A stretch of 64,000 bases of DNA, taken from positions 40,154 through 104,153 of the forward strand of contig JBAXVK010000003.1 of assembly GCA_037129175.1 (NCBI GenBank), written 5' to 3'. Under the pieces are notes generated by a model, which was not told the DNA's origin, searched no databases, and was given only the letters and a program-made list of their open reading frames with translations. The DNA is from Polynucleobacter sp. (lineage in GTDB: Bacteria; Pseudomonadota; Gammaproteobacteria; Burkholderiales; Burkholderiaceae). This document shows positions 28,197 to 40,195 of the stretch, one piece after another (position 1 is the first letter of the stretch; each line of letters opens with the position of its first letter). The position numbers and the translations under genes are program-made.

Positions 28197-28609
28197 GCCA
28201 AAGACCTTTTAAGGCATTCTAGCATTGGCCAAGCGGCCGGCAGCAGTGGGCTGACACTCGGAGCCTCCGCACTAATGAACTCCCAAGATAGCGCTTGCCC
28301 CTCACGTCCTATAGGTTTACCTGTCCAATCACGGATGATGCTGACATATAAGCGGACATAAGCATGTGGATAGTCATGCTCCAAGACGGTTAATTCTTCA
28401 CTAGACTGAATATCGATACCAAGCTCTTCCTGCAGTTCACGCTGTAAAGCCTGAAAAATAGTTTCACCTTTTTCAACTTTTCCACCTGGAACTTCCCAGT
28501 AGCCAGCGTACGGTTTACCTTCAGGCCTCTGACCTAAAAGATAGCGGTTTTCCCCATCCAATAATATTCCTGCAGCAACAACAGTCACAGGACGATTCAT
28601 TTCATTCAT
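28193..28609 (-). CDS. mutT: Nudix hydrolase, MutT-like
   Basis: QRPEGKPYAGYWEVPGGKVE.GE...AL.RELQEELGI and HDYPHAYV. Start set at 28609. Confidence 0.8.
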   Translation of the reverse strand: MNEMNRPVTVVAAGILLDGENRYLLGQRPEGKPYAGYWEVPGGKVEKGETIFQALQRELQEELGIDIQSSEELTVLEHDYPHAYVRLYVSIIRDWTGKPIGREGQALSWEFISAEAPSVSPLLPAAWPMLECLKRSLA

Positions 28610-28623
28610 AGAAGTAAATGATC

Positions 28624-29481
28624 TTAAGTATGAGAGCCGGCCCAGTGTTTTGCAAATTGCCAAGCGACGCGGCCAGAACGTGAACCGCGCTCTAGCGCCC
28701 AAACTAGGGCTTCTGAACGCGCAGATTCAATTTGCGCTGCATTTAAACCAAAATGGCTTAACCAATGTGCAACGATGGCCAAATACTCATCTTGCTTTGG
28801 TGGATAAAAAGAGAGCCACAATCCAAAACGTTCAGATAAAGAAATTTTTTCTTCTACCACCTCACCCGGATGAATCTCGCCATCATCGCTGTAAGCATAG
28901 CCTTCGTTATCCTTCATGTATTCAGGCAATAAATGGCGGCGGTTCGAAGTGGCATAAATCAAAATATTATCGACTTGGGCAGAAACAGAACCGTCAAGCG
29001 CAGATTTCATTGCTTTATATCCTGATTCACCCTCATCAAATGACAAATCATCGCAAAAAACAATAAAACGCTCAGGTCGCTCAGCCAAGATATCCGCAAT
29101 ATCAGCCAAGTCTGCTAAATGGTCTTTCTCAACCTCAACTAAACGCAATCCTTGGCCAGCAAACTCATGAAGAGCAGCCTTAATGAGGGATGATTTACCA
29201 GTCCCTCTAGCGCCTGTAAGCAATATATTATTCGCGGGCTTCTTTTCGATAAAGTGTTTGGTGTTTTCACGTATAGCATCTCGTTGACGATCAATATTCT
29301 TCAAATCCTCAAATGTGATGTCTGAAATATGTTTCACTGGCTGCATAAAACCAATGCTGCCAAAAATACTATCGCGTCTACGCCATCTAAAAGCGGTGGA
29401 GGAATCCCACTCCTTCTCAGTTAAAGGCTTAGGCAGGAAAGTTTCTAGATGATTTAAGAGTTGCTCTAGTTTTTCGTTCAT
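28624..29481 (-). CDS. DUF815-family AAA+ ATP-binding protein
   Basis: GARGTGKSS, FCDDLSF, YATSNRRHL, SLSERFGL and RSGRVAWQF. Confidence 0.85.
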   Translation of the reverse strand: MNEKLEQLLNHLETFLPKPLTEKEWDSSTAFRWRRRDSIFGSIGFMQPVKHISDITFEDLKNIDRQRDAIRENTKHFIEKKPANNILLTGARGTGKSSLIKAALHEFAGQGLRLVEVEKDHLADLADIADILAERPERFIVFCDDLSFDEGESGYKAMKSALDGSVSAQVDNILIYATSNRRHLLPEYMKDNEGYAYSDDGEIHPGEVVEEKISLSERFGLWLSFYPPKQDEYLAIVAHWLSHFGLNAAQIESARSEALVWALERGSRSGRVAWQFAKHWAGSHT

Positions 29482-29495
29482 ATTTTTCTTAATAT

Positions 29496-30731
29496 TTAAG
29501 AGCGGTAGTCAGCGTTAATTGAAACGTATTCATGAGACAAGTCACACGTCCACATGGTTTGAGTAGCATTACCGCGCCCTAAGTCAATCTTGACAGTAAT
29601 CTCTGAAGATTGCATTACTCTTTGACCATCAGCCTCTTGATAACTTGGGTTACGACCACCATCTTTAGCAACCCAAACATCACCAAGCCACATCTGCACA
29701 CGACCTACATCTAAATCAGTAATGCCTGCATAGCCAATCGCTGCCAAAATACGGCCTAAATTTGGATCACTTGCGAAGAAGGCTGTTTTTACTAAAGGTG
29801 AGTGAGCAACCGCTTTTGCAACCAAACGACACTCTGCCTCGGTCTTGCCGCCAAGCACTTCAATAGTGATGAATTTAGTAGCGCCTTCACCATCACGCAC
29901 AATCATTTGCGCTAATTTTCTAGCGAGGATAATCAAAGCATCACGTATCACCGTATAGCTTGGATCTGTCGCCGATTGAATCTGTACTGCAGACTGGCCA
30001 GTTGCGATAATGATGAATGAATCATTCGTTGAAGTATCACCATCAATGGTGATGGCATTAAAAGAAAGATCAGCAATTTCACGAGTGAGCTTAGTCAATA
30101 AGCCTGGAGCAAAACCGGCATTGGTTGCGATAAAACCCAACATGGTCGCCATATTCGGATGAATCATCCCAGCACCCTTACAGATACCGGTAATCACTAC
30201 AGGCCCAGCCGGTGTTGGTACCGTCATTGAGCTTGCCTTAGGCTGGGTATCGGTAGTCATGATGGCCTGAGCAGCATCAAACCAATTGTCTTCACCTAAA
30301 TTGGAGACCGCCTTTGGTAAAGCACTAAGTATTTTTTCAATTGGCAAGGACTCTAGAATCACACCTGTTGAAAATGGCAGAATTTGTTCTGGATTAATCT
30401 TCAGGTCTTTAGCTAGAGCGGCACATGTTGCTAGGGCATGCTTCATGCCTGACTCACCAGTACCGGCATTGGCATTGCCAGTATTTACTACTAAAGCACG
30501 AATTTGTCCATTACGACCCTCTTGCGCTAAATGCTCACGGCAAACTTGTACAGGTGCAGCGCAAAAGCGATTTAAGGTAAATACGCCGGCAACTTGAGAC
30601 CCAGGTGCCAAAGTCATTACTAACAAATCTTTACGATTTGCTCTCTTGATTCCGGCTTCAGCAATGCCCATCTCAAAACCTTTGACGGGCTTGAGGTCAG
30701 ATTTTTGGGGGAGGGGTAGGTTAACTGTCAT
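29496..30731 (-). CDS. argJ: Bifunctional ornithine acetyltransferase/N-acetylglutamate synthase
   Basis: [41 protein letters not shown] and INADYRS. Confidence 0.96.
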   Translation of the reverse strand: MTVNLPLPQKSDLKPVKGFEMGIAEAGIKRANRKDLLVMTLAPGSQVAGVFTLNRFCAAPVQVCREHLAQEGRNGQIRALVVNTGNANAGTGESGMKHALATCAALAKDLKINPEQILPFSTGVILESLPIEKILSALPKAVSNLGEDNWFDAAQAIMTTDTQPKASSMTVPTPAGPVVITGICKGAGMIHPNMATMLGFIATNAGFAPGLLTKLTREIADLSFNAITIDGDTSTNDSFIIIATGQSAVQIQSATDPSYTVIRDALIILARKLAQMIVRDGEGATKFITIEVLGGKTEAECRLVAKAVAHSPLVKTAFFASDPNLGRILAAIGYAGITDLDVGRVQMWLGDVWVAKDGGRNPSYQEADGQRVMQSSEITVKIDLGRGNATQTMWTCDLSHEYVSINADYRS

Positions 30732-30790
30732 AGTCTGACAATTGTAGATGAGGGTTTGAAGAGACGCTAGCTAACGCCTCTAGGCAGGAT

Positions 30791-33556
30791 CTAGCTTAAG
30801 GCGCCGCAGCAATTCTTATATTTTTTGCCGCTACCACAAGTACAGGGATCGTTACGGCCAATTTTGGGGCCTGTTCTTACAGGAGCAGGGATTACCTCAA
30901 TCGCATCGCCGCGGTCACCTGTTGAGCCAGCTACTTCTTTATCGGGATCAGCATGTTGATATTGGACGTCTGCTAATTTAGCCAAGTCCTCATTCATCAA
31001 TTCAGCAGCTTCATCTAATTCACTGGCGCTTCTAATCTTGACGGTCATGATACTTTTCACAACATCATTCTTAATCACACTGAGCAACTCGCCATACAAC
31101 TCAAATGCTTCACGACGGTACTCTTGTTTTGGATCTTTTTGAGCATAGCCACGTAAATGGATGCCTTGACGCAAATGATCTAGGGCTGCCAAGTGCTCAC
31201 GCCAGTGGGTATCAAGGCTATACAAAAGAACAGAGCGCTCAAATTTAGCAAAAGACTCACGTCCCGATAAATCAACTTTCGCATCATAGGTTTCTTTAGC
31301 AGCTTGTAGTACACGATCCACAATCTCTGCATCATCTACTGTCTGGGCACTCTCAACCCAATTGCGCAAGTCGACAGTCAAACCCCAATCGCTTGCTAAC
31401 GCATTTTCAAGTCCAGGCAAATCCCACTGCTCTTCCATAGACTCAAGAGGGATGTAGAGAGAGCAAATCGAGCGCAAAACATCTTCACGCAAATTGGCAA
31501 TTAAATCACCAATATCATTGCTTTCGAGAACTTCATTTCTTAAGCGATAAGTTTCTTTACGTTGATCATTGGCAACGTCGTCATATTCTAATAATTGTTT
31601 ACGAATATCAAAATTACGGCCTTCAACCTTACGCTGTGCTGACTCAATTGAACGCGTCACCATGCCAGCTTCAATTGGCTCACCATCAGGCATCTTTAAG
31701 CGTTCCATCACCGCGCGCAAACGATCGCCGGCAAAAATACGCAGCAGTGAATCGTCTAAGGAAAGATAGAAGCGGGATGAGCCTGGATCACCTTGACGGC
31801 CTGAGCGACCTCTTAATTGGTTATCAATACGACGACTTTCGTGACGCTCGGTACCAATGATATGCAAACCACCAGCGGTAAGGACATGATCATGTAGGCC
31901 TTGCCATTCATCTTGAAGCGCTTTAATCTTGCTTGCTTTTTCTGCATCAGACAGCGCAGAATCAGCTTCAATTAAAGTAGATTGCTTGCCTACATTGCCA
32001 CCAAGCACAATGTCGGTTCCACGACCAGCCATATTGGTAGCAATGGTAATCATTTTGGGCCGGCCTGCTTGCGCAATGATTTCTGCTTCGCGTGCGTGCT
32101 GCTTAGCATTCAACACTTGATGCGACAATTTACGTTGATCAAGCAATTTAGAAATCAGCTCGGAATTTTCAATCGAGGTAGTACCTACCAAGACTGGTTG
32201 GCCACGCTCGTAACAATCTTGAATATCTTTAGTGACTGCGTCATAACGCTCGCGAGAGGACTTAAAGATTTGATCTTGACGATCTTTGCGCTGACTAATT
32301 CTATTGGGTGGAATGACTACTGTTTCAAGGTTATAGATCTCCTTGAACTCATACGCCTCAGTATCAGCAGTACCCGTCATACCGGATAACTTACCGTACA
32401 TACGGAAGTAATTTTGGAAAGTAATCGTAGCGAGGGTTTGATTCTCATTCTGAATCGGCACACCCTCTTTAGCCTCTACCGCTTGATGGAGACCATCAGA
32501 CCAACGGCGACCTTGCATCAATCGACCGGTAAACTCATCAACAATGATGACTTCATTGTTTTGAACAACATATTGTTGGTCTCGGTTATACAGACAGTGC
32601 GCGCGCAATGCTGCATAAACGTGGTGCATCAAAGTAATATTTTGTGGGGCATATAAGGAAGCGCCATCATTTAAGGCGCCTAACTGCACTAAAATTTCTT
32701 CAGCTTTATCGTGCCCCTGTTCGGTCAGATAAACCTGCTGCGATTTTTCATCTACCCAGTAATCGCCAGGCTTTTCAACACCACTGCCATCGGATTTTTC
32801 TTCACCAATCTGACGCTCTAAGTGAGAAGGAAGTGCATTGATTTTGATATAAAGATCTGTGTGATCTTCAGCTTGACCAGAAATGATGAGTGGTGTGCGT
32901 GCTTCGTCAATCAGAATCGAATCAACCTCATCGACGATTGCATACGCTAAACCCCGTTGCACGCGCTGATCTAAATCCTGAACCATGTTGTCGCGCAAAT
33001 AATCAAAACCAAACTCATTATTAGTGCCGTATGTAATATCTGCGGCATAAGCTTCTTGTTTTGCCTTATGATCCATCTGGGATAGATTCACGCCAACTTT
33101 CATGCCTAAGAAGTTATATAAGGTAGACATCCACTCAGCATCTCGCTGAGCCAAATAATCATTCACCGTAACGACATGAACACCGTTGCCAGTTAAAGCA
33201 TTTAAATAGACTGGGAGTGTTGCTGTTAAGGTTTTTCCTTCTCCAGTACCCATCTCCGCAATCTTGCCTTGATGCAAAGCGAGGGCACCCATAATCTGCG
33301 CATCGAAATGGCGCATTTTCATGACGCGAACACTAGCCTCTCGAACCACAGCAAATACTTCTTCAGAAATATCCTCTAAAGTCTCCCCGCTAGCTAAGCG
33401 TGATTTGAACTCGGCTGTTTTGGCAGCAAGAGCAGCATCATCCAAAGATTGCAGGCTTGCTTCAAAAGCGGCAACCTTGGCAACGACTTTGCGATACTGT
33501 TTTAAGAGGCGGTCGTTACGACTGCCGACCAGGGTTTTTAGAAGACCGATTACCAT
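30791..33556 (-). CDS. secA: Preprotein translocase subunit SecA
   Basis: [40 protein letters not shown] and a C-terminal Zn motif [14 protein letters not shown]. Confidence 0.98.
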   Translation of the reverse strand: MVIGLLKTLVGSRNDRLLKQYRKVVAKVAAFEASLQSLDDAALAAKTAEFKSRLASGETLEDISEEVFAVVREASVRVMKMRHFDAQIMGALALHQGKIAEMGTGEGKTLTATLPVYLNALTGNGVHVVTVNDYLAQRDAEWMSTLYNFLGMKVGVNLSQMDHKAKQEAYAADITYGTNNEFGFDYLRDNMVQDLDQRVQRGLAYAIVDEVDSILIDEARTPLIISGQAEDHTDLYIKINALPSHLERQIGEEKSDGSGVEKPGDYWVDEKSQQVYLTEQGHDKAEEILVQLGALNDGASLYAPQNITLMHHVYAALRAHCLYNRDQQYVVQNNEVIIVDEFTGRLMQGRRWSDGLHQAVEAKEGVPIQNENQTLATITFQNYFRMYGKLSGMTGTADTEAYEFKEIYNLETVVIPPNRISQRKDRQDQIFKSSRERYDAVTKDIQDCYERGQPVLVGTTSIENSELISKLLDQRKLSHQVLNAKQHAREAEIIAQAGRPKMITIATNMAGRGTDIVLGGNVGKQSTLIEADSALSDAEKASKIKALQDEWQGLHDHVLTAGGLHIIGTERHESRRIDNQLRGRSGRQGDPGSSRFYLSLDDSLLRIFAGDRLRAVMERLKMPDGEPIEAGMVTRSIESAQRKVEGRNFDIRKQLLEYDDVANDQRKETYRLRNEVLESNDIGDLIANLREDVLRSICSLYIPLESMEEQWDLPGLENALASDWGLTVDLRNWVESAQTVDDAEIVDRVLQAAKETYDAKVDLSGRESFAKFERSVLLYSLDTHWREHLAALDHLRQGIHLRGYAQKDPKQEYRREAFELYGELLSVIKNDVVKSIMTVKIRSASELDEAAELMNEDLAKLADVQYQHADPDKEVAGSTGDRGDAIEVIPAPVRTGPKIGRNDPCTCGSGKKYKNCCGALS

Positions 33557-33610
33557 GGGATATTGGAGAAAATGAAGTCTTTGAGTTTATCACCTGCCAT
33601 CCCATTTTTT

Positions 33611-34111
33611 ATGAACTTTGCCCGCAAACCATCCCGCAATCATTCAGCCCATGACTGGATGGAATACCTACGGGAATCTCAGGGTCTTGGGGGTATTCTG
33701 GCTAAAACAGAAGATCTGGTCCAACTCAAGGCCAAGTTATTGATAGCTTTAGAGCGCCTAGATATCGGGCACTTGGGCTCGAAAATTGAGACTGGATGGC
33801 GCTTAGGGGCTCAAGATGAGCTTTTTTTACTAGTTAGTAGTGCCAGCATTGGCACCCGCCTGCAGCAAATTTTGCCTAGTTTAATCAGTGAGTTAGGAAA
33901 AATTGGGCTTTATTGCAAAGCTATTAAAGTCAAAGTAAAGCCTGCTACCGCAGACTGGGAAGTGAAACCGAGACAAAACCCCAAGAACGTGCCCCCTAAA
34001 GGTTTAAATGAGGTAGCCAAAAAGTCATGGCAAGACCTCTTAGAAAAACTTCCAGCAGACTCTGATCTGCGTAGAGCAGTTGAGCACCTGCTACAAAACA
34101 AATCTAAGTAG
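33611..34111 (+). CDS. DciA/DUF721-family protein
   Basis: Size, the L.LLVSSASIGTRLQQILPSLISEL...IKVKV pattern and the position between lpxC and secA. Start could be 33563, 33572 or 33611. Confidence 0.65.
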   Translation: MNFARKPSRNHSAHDWMEYLRESQGLGGILAKTEDLVQLKAKLLIALERLDIGHLGSKIETGWRLGAQDELFLLVSSASIGTRLQQILPSLISELGKIGLYCKAIKVKVKPATADWEVKPRQNPKNVPPKGLNEVAKKSWQDLLEKLPADSDLRRAVEHLLQNKSK

Positions 34112-34132
34112 CTAAATTATTTTTAGACCCCT

Positions 34133-35047
34133 CTAGAAAAAGAGGGGTTGGCTCTCTTGAGAATAGGCAGCAGGGGCCTTAGCTTGGTCAAAAGACTCAA
34201 TCGTATAAGAGCTTGGATCATCTAAAAGCTTACGCAAAAGAGCGTTATTGAGAGCATGGCCTGATTTTTCAGCTATATAAGCACCCACAATTGGGTGACC
34301 AACTAAATACAAATCCCCAATTGCATCCAAAATTTTATGGCGTACAAACTCATCTTCATACCGAAGTTCTTCATTATTTAAGATACGGTGCTCATCTAGA
34401 ACAATCGCATTGTCCAAACTACCGCCACGAGCGAGCCCCATCTCACGCAAAGCCTCTACTTCATGAGCAAAACCAAAGGTGCGTGCGCGCCCAATTTCGC
34501 TTCGGTAAGCATGTTCTGCAAAATCCACAATAAAACGTTGACCAGTTTTATCAACCGCTGGATGCTTAAAGTCAATTGTGAAATCTAACTTAAATCCAAA
34601 GAAAGGCTCTAAGCGCGCAAGCTTATCGCCCTCACGTACTTCAACTGGCTTCTTGATTACGAGATACTGACGTGATGCATCCTGCTCAACAATTCCAGCA
34701 GATTCAATTAAAAATAAGAATGAAGCAGCGCTGCCATCCATGATGGGAACTTCTTCACCATCAAGTTCTATCAATAAATTATCTAAGCCTAGGCCAGCAC
34801 ATGCAGATAGCAGATGCTCGACTGTAGAAACGCGCACACCATCCTTTTGAATGACAGATGCAAGTCTTGTATCGCAGACAGCCAAAGCGGTTGCGGGAAC
34901 CACTGACTGCTCTGGCGTGTCCACACGTACAAACTGCACCCCTGAATTTGCCGGCGCAGGCTTAATAGAAATGGTCACCTTACAGCCAGAATGCAAACCA
35001 ATGCCCACAGTCTTTACTGGAGCAGCAATGGTTCTTTGTTTCATCAT
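34133..35047 (-). CDS. lpxC: UDP-3-O-acyl-N-acetylglucosamine deacetylase
   Basis: [31 protein letters not shown] and SGHALN. Confidence 0.97.
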   Translation of the reverse strand: MMKQRTIAAPVKTVGIGLHSGCKVTISIKPAPANSGVQFVRVDTPEQSVVPATALAVCDTRLASVIQKDGVRVSTVEHLLSACAGLGLDNLLIELDGEEVPIMDGSAASFLFLIESAGIVEQDASRQYLVIKKPVEVREGDKLARLEPFFGFKLDFTIDFKHPAVDKTGQRFIVDFAEHAYRSEIGRARTFGFAHEVEALREMGLARGGSLDNAIVLDEHRILNNEELRYEDEFVRHKILDAIGDLYLVGHPIVGAYIAEKSGHALNNALLRKLLDDPSSYTIESFDQAKAPAAYSQESQPLFF

Positions 35048-35087
35048 GGTGATATCTCTAAATTCAGGGGGTATTAAGTAATCAGAA

Positions 35088-35588
35088 TTACAGCTTTTTC
35101 AAGATTGAAGCAGCATCGCTCACCTCAAACTTACCAGGAGCTTCGCGATCTAAAGATTGCACTACCCCGTCCTCAATAATCATGGCATAACGATCTGAGC
35201 GCACACCTAAACCACGAGCAGTGAGGTCCAGCTCTGTACCCATGTTTTTAGTGAACTCGCCACTGCCATCACCCATCATACGAATCTTTTTACCAACTTT
35301 TTGATCACGCCCCCAAGCGCCCATCACAAATGGGTCATTCACGGAAATGCACCAGATCTCATCAACACCTTTTGCTTTAATCGCATCATAGTGCTCAACA
35401 TATCCAGGAACATGCTTTGCAGAGCAGGTTGGTGTAAATGCGCCAGGCAATGCAAAGATCACAATTTTTTTACCAGCTACAAGCTTCTCAACTTCAAAAG
35501 CATTTGGTCCTACAGAGCAGCCTTCGCTCTCTTCATTAAAAAATTCATAAAGAGTAGCGTTAGGTAATTTTTGTCCAACAGTAATCAT
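35088..35588 (-). CDS. Prx5-type peroxiredoxin
   Basis: [25 protein letters not shown] and RSDRYAM. Confidence 0.92.
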   Translation of the reverse strand: MITVGQKLPNATLYEFFNEESEGCSVGPNAFEVEKLVAGKKIVIFALPGAFTPTCSAKHVPGYVEHYDAIKAKGVDEIWCISVNDPFVMGAWGRDQKVGKKIRMMGDGSGEFTKNMGTELDLTARGLGVRSDRYAMIIEDGVVQSLDREAPGKFEVSDAASILKKL

Positions 35589-35596
35589 GACATCTC

Positions 35597-35686
35597 CAAT
35601 AGGTAATTGTTATTCAGCATGCCAACGCAAGCGCAGGATTCGTCGTCCGGAGGGGCGCCGCGCTGGCATTTCGCAATTACCTATTG
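35597..35686 (-). other. 90-nt imperfect long hairpin between ftsZ and the peroxiredoxin RBS
   Basis: 13-bp perfect inverted repeat caataggtaattg/caattacctattg, with an inner 10-bp stem AUGCCAGCGC/GCGUUGGCAU. Confidence 0.7.
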
Positions 35687-35699
35687 TATTGAGCTTTAG

Positions 35700-37043
35700 T
35701 TAGTCTGCTTGTTTACGTAAAAAAGCTGGAATTTCATAGTAATCAGCCCCTTTGTCCAACATAGATTTAGCCTGAGGAGAACTATCTGCGCCTAAAGTTG
35801 GTGCAGGAGTCGACTCACGGGAATTGCGGAATACCCGTGGCAAATCATATTGACTGTAATCAACGCTACTACTAACCGCTGGTTGAGCTGCCATTGATGG
35901 AGCGGCACCAGAACCAGTCAAAGCCATGCCTGCGCTTGTACTCACAGCAGAATCTAAACCTAGCTTACTCATAGCAGCAGATGCGCTAGTAGGAGCAAAA
36001 GTATTCAGATCAGCCATCGTTGGCATTGCATCGCTAGTGCCAGTAGCTTGTCTCCACACTACTTCTGGCTGATGGTTGTGACGAGCCTGAGGATTATTTA
36101 AGCCAGTAGCAACCACCGTCACACGTAAGGCATCACCCAAGCTTTCGTCATACACAGTACCGAAGATCACAGTTGCATCATCTGCAGCATAGCCACGAAT
36201 TGCGGCCATTACTTCACGTGTTTCAGACAATTTCAATGAACGGTTAGCAGTAATATTCACTAATACACCACGCGCGCCAGATAAATCAACCCCTTCTAGC
36301 AGTGGGGATGCAACTGCAGCTTCAGCAGCTAGACGAGCGCGATCCATACCAGAAACAGTTGCTGTCCCCATCATAGCTTTGCCTTGTTCACCCATAACAG
36401 TCTTCACATCTTCAAAGTCGACGTTGATCAAACCTTGAACATTAATGATTTCTGCAATACCAGAGACTGCGTTATGCAATACATCATCAGCACAAGCAAA
36501 GGCCTTATCAAACTCAGCGTCTTCACCCATGACTTCAAAGAGCTTTTCATTGAGTACAACAATCAATGAATCAACATAAGACTCAAGCTCTGCAGCGCCA
36601 TTCTCTGCCACCTTCAAGCGCTTGACGCCCTCAAAATCAAATGGTTTGCTGATAACGCCAACGGTCAAAATACCCATTTCTTTTGCTACTTGAGCAACGA
36701 TTGGAGCTGCACCAGTGCCAGTACCACCGCCCATACCGGCAGTAATGAATACCATATGCGCACCTTGCAAAGTATCAGCAATGCGAGCACGTGCTTCTTG
36801 CGCTGCAGCTTCGCCGATTTCTGGTTTAGCACCTGCGCCTAATCCACTAGAGCCCAGTTGCAAATTCACAGATGCCTCAGAGCGCTGTAAGGCGCCAGCA
36901 TCGGTGTTCATGCAAATAAACTCTACGCCGCTAACTCCGCGACGAATCATATGCTGGACAGCATTGCCACCAGCTCCACCGACCCCAACCACTTTAATAA
37001 TGGTTTTGCCAGCTATATCTTGATCTAACATTTCAAATTCCAT
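35700..37043 (-). CDS. ftsZ: Cell division protein FtsZ
   Basis: GVGGAGGN, GMGGGTGTG, NVDFED and the C-terminal EIPAFLRKQAD peptide. Confidence 0.98.
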   Translation of the reverse strand: MEFEMLDQDIAGKTIIKVVGVGGAGGNAVQHMIRRGVSGVEFICMNTDAGALQRSEASVNLQLGSSGLGAGAKPEIGEAAAQEARARIADTLQGAHMVFITAGMGGGTGTGAAPIVAQVAKEMGILTVGVISKPFDFEGVKRLKVAENGAAELESYVDSLIVVLNEKLFEVMGEDAEFDKAFACADDVLHNAVSGIAEIINVQGLINVDFEDVKTVMGEQGKAMMGTATVSGMDRARLAAEAAVASPLLEGVDLSGARGVLVNITANRSLKLSETREVMAAIRGYAADDATVIFGTVYDESLGDALRVTVVATGLNNPQARHNHQPEVVWRQATGTSDAMPTMADLNTFAPTSASAAMSKLGLDSAVSTSAGMALTGSGAAPSMAAQPAVSSSVDYSQYDLPRVFRNSRESTPAPTLGADSSPQAKSMLDKGADYYEIPAFLRKQAD

Positions 37044-37091
37044 ATACCCTCCTAGGTAAATAACTTACTACATTGACGACGACGAAAAAAC

Positions 37092-38321
37092 TTAAAAATT
37101 TCCTGCAAACCATTCCTTCATGCGCGACATGACTCCCTGCAGCGCGCCTGATTGAGAAACGCGACGACCACGTAAAAATTGCGCCTGGCCTTCCATCAAC
37201 AAACCAATGCTCGTGGCGTATCTGGGACTCCGAAGAACTTCATGTAAGTGGCCGCGGTATTCGGGTGTACCAATTCGGGCTTGCCTTAAGAAGACCTGCT
37301 CAGCTAACTCAACCATTCCTGGCATTAAGGATGTACCACCAGTGAGCACAATTCCAGAAGAAACCATGTCTTCATAACCAGAATCACGCACTACACCTCT
37401 CACTAAAGTAAAGAGCTCTTCAACACGTGGCTCAATCACAGCAGCAAGTGCTTGCTTAGACATTGGACGGGGTTCGCGATCTCCCACACCCGGCACATCA
37501 ATCATGGCGGCTGAATCGGCCATCTCTTGACGCGCAATTCCGTATGCAATTTTCAAATCTTCTGCATCGATAGTTGGAGTCCGCAATGCCATTGCAATAT
37601 CGTTAGTAATTTGATCGCCTGCAATTGGAATCACTGCTGTGTGACGAATGGATCCTTGGCAATAAATAGCGATATCTGTAGTACCACCACCAATATCAAC
37701 TAAGACAACGCCAAGTTCTTTTTCATCATCAGTAAGAACGGCCAAACTGGATGCCAAAGGCTGCAAAATCAGGTCATTCACTTCTAAACCGCAACGACGT
37801 ACACACTTCACGATATTTTGTGCAGCACTTACAGCGCCCGTTACGATGTGGACCTTCACCTCTAAACGCAAACCACTCATACCAATAGGTTCACGTACAT
37901 CTTCTTGACCATCGATAATGAATTCTTGAACGAGGATGTGCAAAATTTGTTGGTCGGTCGGAATATTGATCGCCTTAGCAGTTTCTAGGACACGCTCAAC
38001 ATCGCCATCGCCGACTTCTTTATCGCGAATAGCAACCATACCGCTCGAGTTAAAACTCACAATGTGATTTCCAGCAATACCAGTAAACACTTGAACAATT
38101 TGGCGATCAGCCATCACTTCGGCTTCTTCAAGAGCCTTCTGAATCGATTGAACAGTTGCCTCGATATTGACGACAACACCCTTCTTCAATCCCTTAGACG
38201 CAGTTTGTCCTACACCAACTACATTAAATTGGCCGTCAGGAGTTAGCTCTGCCACCAAGGCAACTACCTTAGAAGTGCCAATGTCTAAACCTACTAATAG
38301 GTCGCGATTATCTTTACTCAT
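37092..38321 (-). CDS. ftsA: Cell division protein FtsA
   Basis: GLDIGTSK, VDIGGGTTD, LTGG and a C-terminal amphipathic W-F helix. Confidence 0.97.
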   Translation of the reverse strand: MSKDNRDLLVGLDIGTSKVVALVAELTPDGQFNVVGVGQTASKGLKKGVVVNIEATVQSIQKALEEAEVMADRQIVQVFTGIAGNHIVSFNSSGMVAIRDKEVGDGDVERVLETAKAINIPTDQQILHILVQEFIIDGQEDVREPIGMSGLRLEVKVHIVTGAVSAAQNIVKCVRRCGLEVNDLILQPLASSLAVLTDDEKELGVVLVDIGGGTTDIAIYCQGSIRHTAVIPIAGDQITNDIAMALRTPTIDAEDLKIAYGIARQEMADSAAMIDVPGVGDREPRPMSKQALAAVIEPRVEELFTLVRGVVRDSGYEDMVSSGIVLTGGTSLMPGMVELAEQVFLRQARIGTPEYRGHLHEVLRSPRYATSIGLLMEGQAQFLRGRRVSQSGALQGVMSRMKEWFAGNF

Positions 38322-38330
38322 TCACATTCC

Positions 38331-39188
38331 TCATTGCTTCAGCTCACTTTTTTTTCCATCTACATCATTCTTTTTCACACTTGCAGAGGCAAGATGAACT
38401 GCAAAACCATTTGCATAACGAAGGTCTACAGCATCAATTCGGTTTGCCCATTTCTCTTGCACTTGTGGCCAGTACTTAAATAAGCGTGCTACACGTTCCT
38501 CTGTTAAGTTTTTGTCAGAGCTCTCTTCATCACGTCCAAACTCCACTTTCATGCCATTGGAAAGCTTGACGTGCCAGGCATAGCGCTCGGTTAATGCCAA
38601 GCTCACTACCTCTACATTCCAAGGCTTAAACCAATTATTGGCTTTTTCATAAAGACTCATCACTTCTTTAGCAGCATCATCTGGACCCGAAAAATCCAAC
38701 AAGCGTTTGTAATCAATAAGCTCCGAAACGCGACCAGAAAATAACTCGCCATGCGTATTCATGAGGGTATTGCTGCTCTCACTACCCCAAGTAGCAAATG
38801 GCTTTTGTTCTTCAATATTGACAATCAACCCATTGGGCCAAACTCGGCGGACATTAGCGTGGCGCACCCAGGGCATAGTTTCAAAACCCCGCTTAACATC
38901 CTCCAAGCGGACGCTAAAGAAGTTACCTTGTACGGTTTCTATTACCTGACGCTTCACGAGAGATTTATTGATATGTAGAAGCGTTTGGCCGGCAATAGGC
39001 TCCACTTGAATTTGCTTCAAAGTGAAGACAGGTCTCTGACTTAACCAAACTAGAACCCCAATCAGTAGCAGCACGATGAAGCAGCGCATCAAGAAACGAC
39101 TGAGCTTTTGCATCCGCTCTGGATAATTCCAAAGAGGGGACATGATGACAGAGAAGATATCTCCGAAGCGGTCTAAAAGCGTACTCAT
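38331..39188 (-). CDS. ftsQ: Cell division protein FtsQ
   Basis: TM helix, POTRA domain ([14 protein letters not shown]), [11 protein letters not shown]. Start set at 39188. Confidence 0.92.
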   Translation of the reverse strand: MSTLLDRFGDIFSVIMSPLWNYPERMQKLSRFLMRCFIVLLLIGVLVWLSQRPVFTLKQIQVEPIAGQTLLHINKSLVKRQVIETVQGNFFSVRLEDVKRGFETMPWVRHANVRRVWPNGLIVNIEEQKPFATWGSESSNTLMNTHGELFSGRVSELIDYKRLLDFSGPDDAAKEVMSLYEKANNWFKPWNVEVVSLALTERYAWHVKLSNGMKVEFGRDEESSDKNLTEERVARLFKYWPQVQEKWANRIDAVDLRYANGFAVHLASASVKKNDVDGKKSELKQ

Positions 39189-40195
39189 GCAGTAGCACCC
39201 TCTTGTTGCAAAGTTTGTTTTAGTAACCACAAAACTAGGTCCGCATAATCAATCCCAGCGGCTTTAGCTGCCATTGGCACTAAGGAATGAGAAGTCATGC
39301 CGGGTGAGGTATTCATCTCTAATAAGTAAGGCTTGCCCGTTTTTTGATCGAGCATCACATCAGCACGACCCCATGTGCGACAGCCCAAAGCTTTATAGGC
39401 AGCCAAAGCCAATTCTTGAACATGCTCGTTGATCTCAGGAGCTAGTCCCGTAGGGCATAAGTATTGGGTTTCATTTGAGAAATACTTATGATGAAAGTCG
39501 TAATTGGCTTGTGGCGGAATGATTTTGATAACCGGCAATGCTTCTGCTGTATCGCCCTGCCCAACCAATGGACAGGTTAATTCATCACCAACAATACAAG
39601 TCTCTGCAATGACTTTTTTATCTAAGCTTGCAGCTAACTGGTAGGCGGCTGGTAGCTCATCTACAGACTTGACTTTGGTCAAACCAAGTGAAGAGCCTTC
39701 ATGTGCTGGCTTCACAATCAAAGGCAAGCCTAATTTTTTTACTACTGCATTCCAATCACTAGTGGAAGTGAGCTCTTCAAACTCTGGAGTAGCTAAACCA
39801 TTGCTTAACCAAATTTGTTTGGTTGCAATCTTGTCAATGGATAAAGCAGAGGCCAATACACCGCTGCCGGTATAGGGTAGATTTAATAACTCTAATAAAC
39901 CTTGAATCGTTCCATCTTCGCCATAACGACCATGTAAAGAGATAAATACACGATCAAATTTTTCTTTTGCTAATTCGGTTGGGCATCGTAGGCCTGGATC
40001 AAAAGGGTGAGCATCTACCCCCTTAGAAAGCAAGGCGTCTAAAACACCATTGCCCGACATTAGAGAAATTTCTCGCTCACCAGAACGTCCGCCCAATAGA
40101 ACGCCAACGCGCCCAAGTGACTTCACATCCAACTCAGATAATTCGGACTTCACGCGATCGCCCCACATACCGAGGCCTAGATTTAGCTTAGACAA
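39185..40195 (-). CDS. ddl: D-alanine--D-alanine ligase
   Basis: [33 protein letters not shown] and [10 protein letters not shown]. Confidence 0.96.
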   Translation of the reverse strand: MSKLNLGLGMWGDRVKSELSELDVKSLGRVGVLLGGRSGEREISLMSGNGVLDALLSKGVDAHPFDPGLRCPTELAKEKFDRVFISLHGRYGEDGTIQGLLELLNLPYTGSGVLASALSIDKIATKQIWLSNGLATPEFEELTSTSDWNAVVKKLGLPLIVKPAHEGSSLGLTKVKSVDELPAAYQLAASLDKKVIAETCIVGDELTCPLVGQGDTAEALPVIKIIPPQANYDFHHKYFSNETQYLCPTGLAPEINEHVQELALAAYKALGCRTWGRADVMLDQKTGKPYLLEMNTSPGMTSHSLVPMAAKAAGIDYADLVLWLLKQTLQQEGATA

